The translations under genes and the position numbers were made by a program. Source: Eubacteriales bacterium (GTDB lineage: Bacteria; Bacillota; Clostridia; Oscillospirales; CAG-272). Taken from it: a DNA stretch of 64,000 nucleotides. Below are positions 1 to 8,472 of this stretch, piece by piece. The notes under the pieces are model-generated. The model had not been told where the DNA came from. It worked only from the letters and a program-made list of their open reading frames with translations, and did no database searches. How positions within the stretch are numbered: the stretch's first letter is position 1; each line of letters starts with the position of its first letter. The stretch lies in contig JAZUQQ010000027.1 of assembly GCA_045605765.1 (NCBI GenBank), forward strand, positions 129,095-193,094, written 5' to 3'.

Positions 1-550
1 CAGTCGTAACGTGCGTATGAGTTCCGAATATCACGTTTACTCTGCCGTCAAGATAGTAAGCCAGAGCCTTTTTTTCAGCCGTCGCTTCGGCGTGAATGTC
101 AAGCACCGCGATATCAAAGTTCCCTTTTTCCTTTTCGAGTATCTCATCTACAGTCTCAAACGGGCAGGCAAGGCTCTCCATAAAGACAGTTCCGAGCACG
201 TTCATAACGAGCACACGCGCACTTCCCGTATCTACTACCGTATATCCTCTGCCCGGATTTTCGATTGGATAATTAGCAGGGCGAATTATCTCGCCTTTAT
301 CGTCAAGATAGGAAAAAATACGATTTTTATGCCAGATATGATTGCCCGAGGTTATAACGTCAACACCCGCATACAAAAGCTCGTCTGCCTCATCGGGCAT
401 AATTCCGTTACCCTCGGAGACGTTTTCTCCGTTTGCAATAACAAGCGAAGCCCCGTGCTTTTTACGTATTATCGAAAGATTTTTGGCAAGGACTTCTAGT
501 GCACGCGATCCTACTATATCGCCCAGACAAAGTATTTTAAAATTCTCCAT
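1..550 (-). CDS. ymdB: YmdB-family metallophosphoesterase (2',3'-cyclic-nucleotide phosphodiesterase), N-terminal part; the gene runs off the window
   Basis: Absent from the ORF track because it is truncated. Reverse translation from the ATG at 550 gives MENFKILCLGDIVGSRALEVLAKNLSIIRKKHGASLVIANGENVSEGNGI..GVDVITSGNHIWHKNR, which carries YmdB/calcineurin-like signatures. It sits in the classic position downstream of rny. The plus-strand ORFs 11..499 and 342..566 are shadows. Confidence 0.8.
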   Translation of the reverse strand, partial: MENFKILCLGDIVGSRALEVLAKNLSIIRKKHGASLVIANGENVSEGNGIMPDEADELLYAGVDVITSGNHIWHKNRIFSYLDDKGEIIRPANYPIENPGRGYTVVDTGSARVLVMNVLGTVFMESLACPFETVDEILEKEKGNFDIAVLDIHAEATAEKKALAYYLDGRVNVIFGTHTHVTT

Positions 551-576
551 AAGAGACCCTTTCTAAATGACAAAAG

Positions 577-615
577 CGGTACCGACGGACTAAGGTCCTC
601 GGTACCGTCTTTTTT
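577..615. terminator. GC-rich hairpin between rny and ymdB (possible attenuator or bidirectional terminator)
   Basis: CGGTACCG-ACGGAC-TAAG-GTCC-T-CGGTACCG is followed by TCTTTTTT on the plus strand. The minus-strand run is weaker (CTTTTG). Confidence 0.35.
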
Positions 616-727
616 AACATATTTAAATATATACTTATACGGAAATATCCGTCTTTGTTTCAAAGGAGTTTTATATTATAATATGTTATCCGCGTACTGT
701 CACGCGTGGTTGATTAGTAATTAATTA

Positions 728-2269
728 TTACTTTGCATAGTCAACTGCTCGGCTTTCGCGAACTACGTTGACCTTGATCTGTCCCGGATATTTAAGCTCC
801 GCCTCGATCTTCTTTGCAATCTCTCTTGCTACGAGAACCATATCGGTATCGGATATCATTTCGGGCTTGACCATTATTCTGATTTCTCTACCAGCCTGAA
901 TTGCGAACGATTTTTCTACGCCGGGAACGCTCTCCGCAAGCTCCTCCATTTTTTGGAGACGTTTGATATAATTCTCAACGTTCTCTCTGCGTGCTCCCGG
1001 ACGAGCTGCCGAAATAGCGTCAGCCGCCTGAACGATAAACGCAATTACCGAACGGGATTCTATATCACCGTGATGCGCTTCGATCGCGTGAATGATCTCT
1101 TCGCTCTCTCTGAACTTTTTAGCCAGTTCTACGCCTATCTGAACGTGCGATCCTTCTGTCTCGTGAGTCATAGCCTTTCCGATATCGTGGAGAAGTCCTG
1201 CGCGTTTTGCCACAGTGCTATCAACTCCAAGCTCATCTGCCATAACTCCAGAAAGGAGCGATACCTCTATTGAATGCATAAGCACGTTCTGTCCGTAACT
1301 TGTTCTGTATTTGAGTCGTCCGAGAATTTTTACGAGATCTGCCGGTATTCCGTGAATACCCGTGTCGAACGTCGCACGTTCGCCCGCCTGCCTTATGCTG
1401 GCTTCGACCTCTTTTTTGGATTTTTCCACGAGCTCCTCTATCCTTGTGGGATGGATTCGTCCGTCTGCAATAAGTTTTTCGAGAGTGAGTCTTGCCACCT
1501 CGCGTCTTACGGGATCAAATCCCGAAAGCGTGATGGCTTCGGGCGTATCGTCTATTATAAGATCAACACCTGTGAGAGTCTCTATTGCTCTGATATTTCT
1601 ACCCTCACGACCGATTATTCGACCCTTCATTTCATCGTTGGGAAGGGGAACTACCGATATGGTAGCTTCTGCTACTTGATCAGACGCACATCTTGCTATC
1701 GCAAGCGAGATTATGTTCTTCGCCTTATCGTCAGCAACCTCTTTAAGCTTTTCCTCTATCTCGACCAATCTCAGCGCCGCAGAATGCTTAGCTTCCTCCT
1801 CGATCTGAGAAACGATCTCTCTCTTTGCTTCTTCAACCGTGTAACCGGAAATTGCTTCGAGTCTTTCGAGCGCTTTCATTCTGAGCTGCTCGATCTTTTC
1901 GGTGAGCTCACTGTTTTCTTTAATCTTCTTATCAAGCGTTTCTTCCTTGCGTTCGATATTTTCAAGCTTTTTATCAAGCGCCGCTTCTCTCGATTCGCAT
2001 CTGCGTTCGAGTCTCGAAATCTCGCTTCTTCTTTCCTTGATCTCACGTTCAAATTCTTTATTCGAACGCATTATCTCTTCTTTGGCTTCTATTAAAGCTT
2101 CTTTCTTCTTGGTTTCAGCGGCCTTTGCGCCCTCTTCGACAAGTCTCTTTGCTTCCTGCACAGCTGAGCCTATCTTTGATTCGGCAAACTTTTTTCGAAT
2201 TAAAATTCCTGCGAGCATACCAACTGCCAAAGTGGCTACGGCAACCAAAATCCAAATCCAATCTTCCAT
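728..2269 (-). CDS. rny: Ribonuclease Y
   Basis: 513 aa with an N-terminal TM helix and a long coiled-coil. KH domain ([26 protein letters not shown]) and HD domain ([14 protein letters not shown]) are both present. Confidence 0.95.
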   Translation of the reverse strand: MEDWIWILVAVATLAVGMLAGILIRKKFAESKIGSAVQEAKRLVEEGAKAAETKKKEALIEAKEEIMRSNKEFEREIKERRSEISRLERRCESREAALDKKLENIERKEETLDKKIKENSELTEKIEQLRMKALERLEAISGYTVEEAKREIVSQIEEEAKHSAALRLVEIEEKLKEVADDKAKNIISLAIARCASDQVAEATISVVPLPNDEMKGRIIGREGRNIRAIETLTGVDLIIDDTPEAITLSGFDPVRREVARLTLEKLIADGRIHPTRIEELVEKSKKEVEASIRQAGERATFDTGIHGIPADLVKILGRLKYRTSYGQNVLMHSIEVSLLSGVMADELGVDSTVAKRAGLLHDIGKAMTHETEGSHVQIGVELAKKFRESEEIIHAIEAHHGDIESRSVIAFIVQAADAISAARPGARRENVENYIKRLQKMEELAESVPGVEKSFAIQAGREIRIMVKPEMISDTDMVLVAREIAKKIEAELKYPGQIKVNVVRESRAVDYAK

Positions 2270-2341
2270 TCTTGCACCTCCTTATTATGTTTTTTTATTT
2301 TCTCTCAGATAATACTGCATCAAGTATTTACGAACACATCT

Positions 2342-2386
2342 ATTTTACAACAAAACGAGCCGTTTGTCAATACAGCAAACGGCTTG
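2342..2386 (-). promoter_or_regulatory. Terminator of the upstream membrane-protein gene overlapping a putative rny promoter
   Basis: Hairpin GAGCCGTTTG/CAAACGGCT has a minus-strand GTTTTG tail. On the minus strand, TTGACA (2365-2370), a 17-nt spacer and TAAAAT (2342-2347) form a promoter. Confidence 0.45.
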
Positions 2387-2431
2387 TAGAATGTGAAATA
2401 ATGTTAATATTTATAGTTTTTCGTCAAAAAA

Positions 2432-3250
2432 TCAACAATTTTTATCAAGTCTGGATATCACGGCGTATGCAACGTACTGACAAACAAAATATCCGACTAT
2501 TGTGAAGCCGATCTGATAAACATACGGCAGAATGATAAACAGATATTCCGAAAAGAGGGCGGGAGCACCGTAAGCGGTTATCGTATCAACAGTATCGGTA
2601 ATACAAAAAACGAGCTGTGCCGCCAGATATACGATCACCGGGATCGCTACATATCTGTTTATCACGGCGTTTTTTCCAATTTGCGAGACAAGTGTTTCAT
2701 GCGACAGCTTCCGTCCCGTCGCCTTTATCGAGCGAGCCTTGATACTTGCCGCCAAAAATCCTGTAACCATAACCACAGTGAGCATAATGATATTCATAAA
2801 ATACGAGATCATCGACCACCACACCAGAAGGTCATCACTCATCTGTGCAAGCGTATAATTGGAAAGAGCAAACGAGCCAAACTCAGACAGAAGGTATTCG
2901 TCTATGACAGCATTCAGCCAAAGCACTGCCGATTTAAGAAAAACGGCTATAAAAACAAAGGAAAGTCCTTCTGCTAAAAGCAGTTTAAATGCGAGTTTAT
3001 TTGCTCCCGCAAAAACAGCGCAAACGATGAGCGCGCACTGCGAAAGAAATGCTACCGTCACAACGAGCTCGGAAAGCTTTGAAATAATTTCGTACAGCAC
3101 TCCGTCTCCGATATTCGCAAGTATCGTACCGCAAAGCGGAGAGAGGAAAAACGTGTCGGCAAGCGGAATGATAAGCGCAAAAACAAGTGCGAGTTTATGT
3201 GAAAGTTTCTCAAAATTTCCCGAGAAAAATGGTCTTTTTTTGTTCTTCAT
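2432..3250 (-). CDS. Hypothetical polytopic membrane protein
   Basis: Multiple hydrophobic helices and no motif I recognise. Start trimmed to the ATG at 3250 (MKNKKRPFF) behind AAAGGTG; the ORF track begins at a TTG at 3259. Confidence 0.55.
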   Translation of the reverse strand: MKNKKRPFFSGNFEKLSHKLALVFALIIPLADTFFLSPLCGTILANIGDGVLYEIISKLSELVVTVAFLSQCALIVCAVFAGANKLAFKLLLAEGLSFVFIAVFLKSAVLWLNAVIDEYLLSEFGSFALSNYTLAQMSDDLLVWWSMISYFMNIIMLTVVMVTGFLAASIKARSIKATGRKLSHETLVSQIGKNAVINRYVAIPVIVYLAAQLVFCITDTVDTITAYGAPALFSEYLFIILPYVYQIGFTIVGYFVCQYVAYAVISRLDKNC

Positions 3251-3283
3251 TCGTGGCAAAACACCTTTCGGTCGTACTTTTAT

Positions 3284-3907
3284 TTAATAAAATCTCATCA
3301 CCGAAACGACCTTGCCGAGAACAATAAGGCTATCGACGATTATAGGTTCCATACTGCTGTTTTCGGGTTGAAGTCTGTAATGTCCGTTCTCTTTATAATA
3401 AGTCTTGACAGTCGCCTCGTCGCCAATAAGCGCAACTACAATATCTCCATTTTCAGCCACGGGAGTTCTCTGTACTACGACGAAATCCCCGTCCATTATT
3501 CCTACCTCTATCATACTCTCCCCCTTCACCCTAAGGGCGTAAAGCTGACTGCTCATATGCGACTTTTTAACTATCGGGAAGTATATCGACTCCTCGGTAT
3601 TTTCGAGCGCGAGTATAGGAGATCCTGCCGCGACCTTACCGACTACGGGTATCTTCACCGAACGGCGCTGCTCGACAGGCACGGGTGAAATCTCAACAGG
3701 TTTAAGACTACGAGATTTTCCTGCGTCGCGTTCAAGATATTTTTTATCTTCAAGTCTCTTTATGTAAGAATGTACCGTTGAAGTAGATTTTATTGAGAGA
3801 GCCTGCTGAATATCGCGCACCGCAGGCGGATACCCGTTCTTGCGGGTAGACTCCACTATAAAATCAAGTACCTTCTTTTCCTTATCGGTAAGTGCCTGAG
3901 AGTGCAT
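3284..3907 (-). CDS. lexA: LexA repressor (SOS regulator)
   Basis: 207 aa. N-terminal wHTH (GYPPAVRDIQQALSIKSTSTVHSYIKRLEDKKYLER), an AG cleavage site (VAAGSPI), and a C-terminal S24 peptidase with Ser/Lys (KGESM..VKT). Confidence 0.93.
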   Translation of the reverse strand: MHSQALTDKEKKVLDFIVESTRKNGYPPAVRDIQQALSIKSTSTVHSYIKRLEDKKYLERDAGKSRSLKPVEISPVPVEQRRSVKIPVVGKVAAGSPILALENTEESIYFPIVKKSHMSSQLYALRVKGESMIEVGIMDGDFVVVQRTPVAENGDIVVALIGDEATVKTYYKENGHYRLQPENSSMEPIIVDSLIVLGKVVSVMRFY

Positions 3908-3923
3908 TTTCCTTCATCCTTTC

Positions 3924-4010
3924 TTTGGGGCTTTGCCCCAAGCCCCACTCAGAAAGCTTTTTGAAAAAAGTTTTTTGATAACTTTCAAAAACTTTCGCAA
4001 AAAAGTAATT
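3924..4010 (-). repeat. Copy A of the AAAGTTTTTGAAAG-box/hairpin repeat family, inside the lexA 5' leader
   Basis: Gene-sense reading is GCGAAAGTTTTTGAAAGTTATCAAAAAACTTTTTTCAAAAAGCTTTCTGAGTGGGGCTTGGGGCAAAGCCCC, then the RBS and ATG. Box at 3983-3995; small GC hairpin GGGGC-TTT-GCCCC at 3927-3939. Confidence 0.7.
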
Positions 4011-4051
4011 GAAAGTCGAGGGTTATATGAAATATATTCATATTCAACTGC

Positions 4052-4091
4052 ATTATATCACACTTTTTTCAAAAAATCAAACATTTGTTTG
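4052..4091 (-). promoter_or_regulatory. lexA promoter with an overlapping SOS-box-like palindrome
   Basis: Minus strand carries TTGATT (4075-4080), a 17-nt spacer and TGaTATAAT (-10 at 4052-4057). The palindrome CAAACATTTGTTTG (4078-4091) is an AAAC-N4-GTTT variant of the Firmicute GAAC-N4-GTTC LexA box and overlaps the -35. Confidence 0.5.
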
Positions 4092-4191
4092 CTTTTTTGT
4101 GTCGAAAAATGTAAATTAATTATGAACAGTGACGAAAAAACAGAATACGGTCTGCCTTTCTGACAGACCGTATTTATCATTTTTATGTATT

Positions 4192-5385
4192 TTATTCGGC
4201 TGTATAGTTATCGAAATATCCCTGAATAAAGACTATCGGAGTCCCCTTATCTCCGCTTCCCGAAGTAAGATCGCAGAGTGATCCGATAAGGTCAGTGATT
4301 CGTCTCGGAGTCGTTCCCTGAGATTCCATCGAGCCCACAAGATCATCGCCTTTGTTCTTTATATAACCCTCGATAGCGTGGCGGAGCTCGTCACCGCTGA
4401 GATCTGCGAAGTTATTATCCGCAAGATATTTCAGCTTTACCTCGTTGGGAGTTCCGTTAAGTCCGTCTGTGTATCCAGGCGAAACGACCGGATCGGCAAG
4501 TTCCCAAATCTTTCCTGCCGGATCCTTGAACGCGCCGTCACCGTAAACCATTACCTCCACCTTTTTGCCGGTAGCTTCCTTAACCTTAGACTGGACATCG
4601 TAAACGAACTCAGTGCAGTCCCTCGGAAAAAGCTTGATCTTATCCTCGGTAGCCTTGTTTGATCCTAACAGACCGTACTTATCGTTATATCCGCTTCCGT
4701 TTATGCTATCTGTAAGAATATCATCAAGTCCGAGGACGATCTCTGCGCCCGCGTTTTTAAGAATTCTCTTGGTTCTTGCGCGAGTGTGAACGTCGCAGGT
4801 GAGAACCTTCTTTGTATAGTTAAGTATTACCGCAGGATTATTTGCGAAAACCACCTCAACGTCCGCGCCCTCCTCGCGAATGAGCGAGGAATAGTAATCA
4901 ACATAGTCAACGCCCGTAAAGGGATGAAGATTTTTACCGAAAAGCTCTCTGTATTTTTCAAGCGAAAGCACGTCTGAATAGGGATTCACGCCCTTTTCGT
5001 CAAGCTGATCAAGCGAAACAAGATGATTTCCGACCTCGTCCGAGGGATAGCTGAGCATAAGAACTATCTTTTTTGCTCCCTTTGCGATACCTCTGAGGCA
5101 TATAGCGAATCTGTTTCGGCTAAGTATCGGGAAAATAACTCCGATCGTATCTCCGCCAAGCTTTGCTTTAACGTCCGAGGCGATATCTTCGGTCGACGCA
5201 TAGTTGTTCTGCGCTCTTGCCACAACTGCCTCTGTAACTGCGATAACGTCGCGGTCGCATATTTCAAAATTTTCGGACTTTGCCGCATCCAGAACGGACT
5301 GTACGACGATAGCTGCGAGATCGTCTCCGCTGCGTATGATCGGCGCACGGACACCGCGCGAAACGGTTCCAACCATTCTTTCCAT
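4192..5385 (-). CDS. CofE-like (F420-0:gamma-glutamyl ligase family) domain protein, long form
   Basis: 397 aa. The N-terminus VRAPIIRSGDDLAAIVV..RDVIAVTEAVVARAQ resembles the CofE fold. AAGGAG RBS upstream. The assignment is from memory of the family only. Confidence 0.45.
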   Translation of the reverse strand: MERMVGTVSRGVRAPIIRSGDDLAAIVVQSVLDAAKSENFEICDRDVIAVTEAVVARAQNNYASTEDIASDVKAKLGGDTIGVIFPILSRNRFAICLRGIAKGAKKIVLMLSYPSDEVGNHLVSLDQLDEKGVNPYSDVLSLEKYRELFGKNLHPFTGVDYVDYYSSLIREEGADVEVVFANNPAVILNYTKKVLTCDVHTRARTKRILKNAGAEIVLGLDDILTDSINGSGYNDKYGLLGSNKATEDKIKLFPRDCTEFVYDVQSKVKEATGKKVEVMVYGDGAFKDPAGKIWELADPVVSPGYTDGLNGTPNEVKLKYLADNNFADLSGDELRHAIEGYIKNKGDDLVGSMESQGTTPRRITDLIGSLCDLTSGSGDKGTPIVFIQGYFDNYTAE

Positions 5386-5698
5386 AAATAATTATCTCCT
5401 TCTTAAATGGATTACTTATATATTTTAGCATTTTTTTTGACGATGTCAAGTGTTTTTATGCATATATCTTCGTCTTTTCAATATATTTATGCGAAATATC
5501 CAAAAAAGCGCCTTTTCACGCTTTTTTACAAAGCAATTTTGAGACATGGAAGGGCGTGAGAGCAAAAGCGCATTGACAAGCTATGTGGAAAATATTATAA
5601 TAAAAAAGAAAAAATAAAAAAACTTTCCAAAAAAGCGCAACCAAATGAAAAATTTCGTGTCTTATAAGGTGAAAGGGAAAAACGGAGGTTAACAGATA

Positions 5699-6262
5699 GT
5701 GCATGATCGCGATATAGTAGATCTCTTCTGGCAAAGAGATCAGTCGGCAATATTATATTCAAGCGTAAAATACGGAAAAAGCCTTGAAAACACTTCGTAT
5801 GCGATAGTGAGCTCGCACGAAGATGCGCAGGAATGTGTTCAGGACACATATTTTGCCGCGTGGAACGCCATGCCTGACGACCGCCCCGACTATCTTGGAG
5901 CTTACCTTATGAAAATTGTGCGAAATCTTTCAATCAATCTCTGCCGAAAGCAGAGCGCAAAGAAGAGAGATTCGGGCATCACGCTCATCTACGACGAGCT
6001 CAGTGAATGTATTCCCGACGGCTCTCTCAGCGTTTTCGAGCAGATGGAAAGCGGTGCGCTTGCGAGCGTGATAAACTCCTTCCTTGAAGATCTCGACAAG
6101 GAAAAGCGCGTGGTTTTCGTAAGGCGGTATTTCTACTCGGATTCAATAAAAGAAATATCGGAAAAGCTTTCTCTCAGTGAGTCGAAGGTCAAGAGTATGC
6201 TGATGCGCCTGCGCCAAAAGCTTGCCGAGGTGATCAGACGGGAGGGATTTTATGAAGAGTAA
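5699..6262 (+). CDS. ECF-type RNA polymerase sigma-70 family factor
   Basis: 187 aa with a GTG start behind GGAGG. Region 2 (QDTYFAAWNAM..YLMKIVRNLSINLCRK) and region 4 HTH (RRYFYSDSIKEISEKLSLSESKVKSMLMRLRQKL) are recognisable. Confidence 0.85.
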   Translation: MHDRDIVDLFWQRDQSAILYSSVKYGKSLENTSYAIVSSHEDAQECVQDTYFAAWNAMPDDRPDYLGAYLMKIVRNLSINLCRKQSAKKRDSGITLIYDELSECIPDGSLSVFEQMESGALASVINSFLEDLDKEKRVVFVRRYFYSDSIKEISEKLSLSESKVKSMLMRLRQKLAEVIRREGFYEE

Positions 6263-6908
6263 CGAGCAAAAGATCCTTTACCTGTTTGACGAGATCGGCA
6301 GGATCGACGACAAATACGTCGCCGAGGCTATGGAGTGCAGGAGCTATACCGCGAAAAAGCGCAGCTTTATAAAGATCCTCGCTCTTGCCGCCTGCATCAC
6401 TCTGATCACCGTTTCCTGTCTTGTCGGTATATCAAACATCGCAAACAGTCTATTTGACGCTTGCAAAAACGATTTGCCCTCAGATGACGGCACCGTTTAT
6501 GAAATGTCCGATGCTCTTTGCGAGGTAATGACAGAGCTTGACGTCAAATTCCTGAGCGCGGCGCAGATAAGCAAGCCGACGGCAGAGCTTGTGTGTGACG
6601 GCAGCCTTCGCATCATCTGGACCTATAACGGCGAGGTATATTACTCCGTAACCGTAGATTCGAGCGATGCCAAGGCGCTTGAAAGGCATCTCGCAAGGAA
6701 AAGCTCATCGAGAGTATCTCCTGACGATGAATACGGCGATTTCAGATTTTACGTCAGTCACGGTAACGGACTCCTCGAAACGCCTTATATCGAGGACAAT
6801 GCAGGACGTTTATCCGTCGGTTCCCTTTCAGATTATCTACCCGAGGTTTATCCGTCAAGCGAGCTTGCAGACTTTATAGGCTCGCTCATCAAAAGGATGG
6901 AAAACTAA
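6252..6908 (+). CDS. Putative anti-sigma factor (single-pass membrane protein)
   Basis: Overlaps the sigma gene by 11 nt and has a GGGAGGG RBS. It has a cytoplasmic N-terminus (IGRIDDKYVAEAME), one TM helix (ILALAACITLITVSCLVGI) and an extracytoplasmic C-domain. The role is inferred from context. Confidence 0.5.
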   Translation: MKSNEQKILYLFDEIGRIDDKYVAEAMECRSYTAKKRSFIKILALAACITLITVSCLVGISNIANSLFDACKNDLPSDDGTVYEMSDALCEVMTELDVKFLSAAQISKPTAELVCDGSLRIIWTYNGEVYYSVTVDSSDAKALERHLARKSSSRVSPDDEYGDFRFYVSHGNGLLETPYIEDNAGRLSVGSLSDYLPEVYPSSELADFIGSLIKRMEN

Positions 6909-6938
6909 CCGTGTCTTTGTGAAAGGAAGGTTTACAAA

Positions 6939-8435
6939 ATGAAAAAGAATTTATTTACTAAGGCTTTGGCAATATTTTTTGCGGCAGTTATGATGTTCTC
7001 GCTCGCCTCCTGCAAGGGAGAAAACGACGCTATGGGCGATATGTTTTACGGCGGCGCACCGGAAAAAGGAGAAGATGGCGCGGACGCATATTCTCCTGAG
7101 GATTACGGCAAGCTTATTGAGAACCCTTGGGTATCGACCTTACAGGAGCCGACCTCGACTTTTTCGTCAGACGTTGACACCGCGTCTTATTCAAGGCTTC
7201 GCGCATATCTGAATCAAGGAATGACCTTTGACGCGATAAAGAGCTACTACGGGGCGTCAATACGTACCGAAGAGATGCTTAACTACTTTGATTACACGAC
7301 AAATTCTCCCGAAAACGGCGAGCTTTTCGGAGTGAGAACCGAAATTGCTCCCTGTCCCTGGAACGCTTCGGCAAATCTTGTTATGATGACCTTTAGGGCA
7401 AAAGAGGTCGAAAATATAAGCGCAGGCAACAATCTCGTTTTCCTTATCGACTCTTCGGGATCTATGGCTTCCGAGGATAAGCTTCCTCTTCTCAAATCGG
7501 CGTTCGGAACTCTTATCGACACGCTCGGTGAAGAGGACAGGATCTCGATAGTCACCTATTCGGGCGCTGAAAAGGTACTCCTTTCGGGCGCAAAAGGCTC
7601 GGAAAAGCAGAAGATCAAAAACGCGGTAAACGCGCTTTCGGCAGGAGGCTCCACCAACGGCTCGGCAGGCATGGAAAGAGCGTATTCTCTAGCGCAAGAC
7701 TATTTCATCGAGGGCGGAAACAACCGCATAATTATGGCAACCGACGGAGATCTCAACGTTGGAATCACCTCGACCGAGGGCATACTGAGCTACGTTGAAA
7801 ACAAGCGTCAAAGCGGTATTTATATCTCCACTCTCGGCTTTGGAAGCGGAGGATACAACGACTCGATGCTCGAAACGATTGCGGACAACGGCAACGGAGT
7901 ATATTATTTTATAGACGGAACGTCCGAAGCCGAGAAGGTGTTCGGCAAGGATCTCACCTCGACGCTGTATACGGTGGCACAGGACGTCAAATTTCAGCTC
8001 ACATTTAACAGCGAGGCGATATCCGAGTACCGTCTTGTCGGCTATGAAAACCGCGTTATGAGCAACGAGGATTTCACAAACGATGCAAAGGACGCAGGCG
8101 AGGTCGGATCGGGACACGAGCTCGTGGTCTGCTACGAAATAAAGATGACAGAAAGCGAAACGGCTTCGAATGAGCTTATGACTCTCGCAATTAGATACAA
8201 GGATCCCGGTGCGACAGAGGGCAAGCAAAACGACTACGTTATAACCCCCGAAAGCATTGCTCAGAGTGCATCTGACGATTTCAAATTCGCCTGCGCCGTT
8301 ATCGTAACGGCAATGCTCATGCACGATAGCCAGTATCTCGACGAGGGCATCACACTAGAATACGTAAAGAACACGCTCGCAGGACTTACGCTCAGTGATT
8401 TTTACAAGCAAGAATTCAGAAATATGATAAAATAA
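6939..8435 (+). CDS. Lipoprotein with von Willebrand factor A domain (YfbK-like)
   Basis: Lipobox LASC. MIDAS motif DSSGSM..T..G..ATDG (VFLIDSSGSMASEDKLPLL..GGSTNGSAGM..IIMATDGDLNVG), plus a C-terminal extension typical of YfbK-type proteins. Confidence 0.8.
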   Translation: MKKNLFTKALAIFFAAVMMFSLASCKGENDAMGDMFYGGAPEKGEDGADAYSPEDYGKLIENPWVSTLQEPTSTFSSDVDTASYSRLRAYLNQGMTFDAIKSYYGASIRTEEMLNYFDYTTNSPENGELFGVRTEIAPCPWNASANLVMMTFRAKEVENISAGNNLVFLIDSSGSMASEDKLPLLKSAFGTLIDTLGEEDRISIVTYSGAEKVLLSGAKGSEKQKIKNAVNALSAGGSTNGSAGMERAYSLAQDYFIEGGNNRIIMATDGDLNVGITSTEGILSYVENKRQSGIYISTLGFGSGGYNDSMLETIADNGNGVYYFIDGTSEAEKVFGKDLTSTLYTVAQDVKFQLTFNSEAISEYRLVGYENRVMSNEDFTNDAKDAGEVGSGHELVVCYEIKMTESETASNELMTLAIRYKDPGATEGKQNDYVITPESIAQSASDDFKFACAVIVTAMLMHDSQYLDEGITLEYVKNTLAGLTLSDFYKQEFRNMIK

Positions 8436-8440
8436 CAATA

Positions 8441-8472
8441 AAAATTCCGCCCTTTCAGGCGGAATTTTCATT
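8441..8472. terminator. Bidirectional intrinsic terminator (vWA gene / purL)
   Basis: AAAATTCCGCC-CTTTC-AGGCGGAATTTT with A/T runs on both sides. Confidence 0.7.

Noticed and set aside
11-566. Plus-strand ORFs 11..499 and 342..566
   Set aside because: The minus strand encodes a clear YmdB-family protein across this span. The plus-strand ORFs are shadows.
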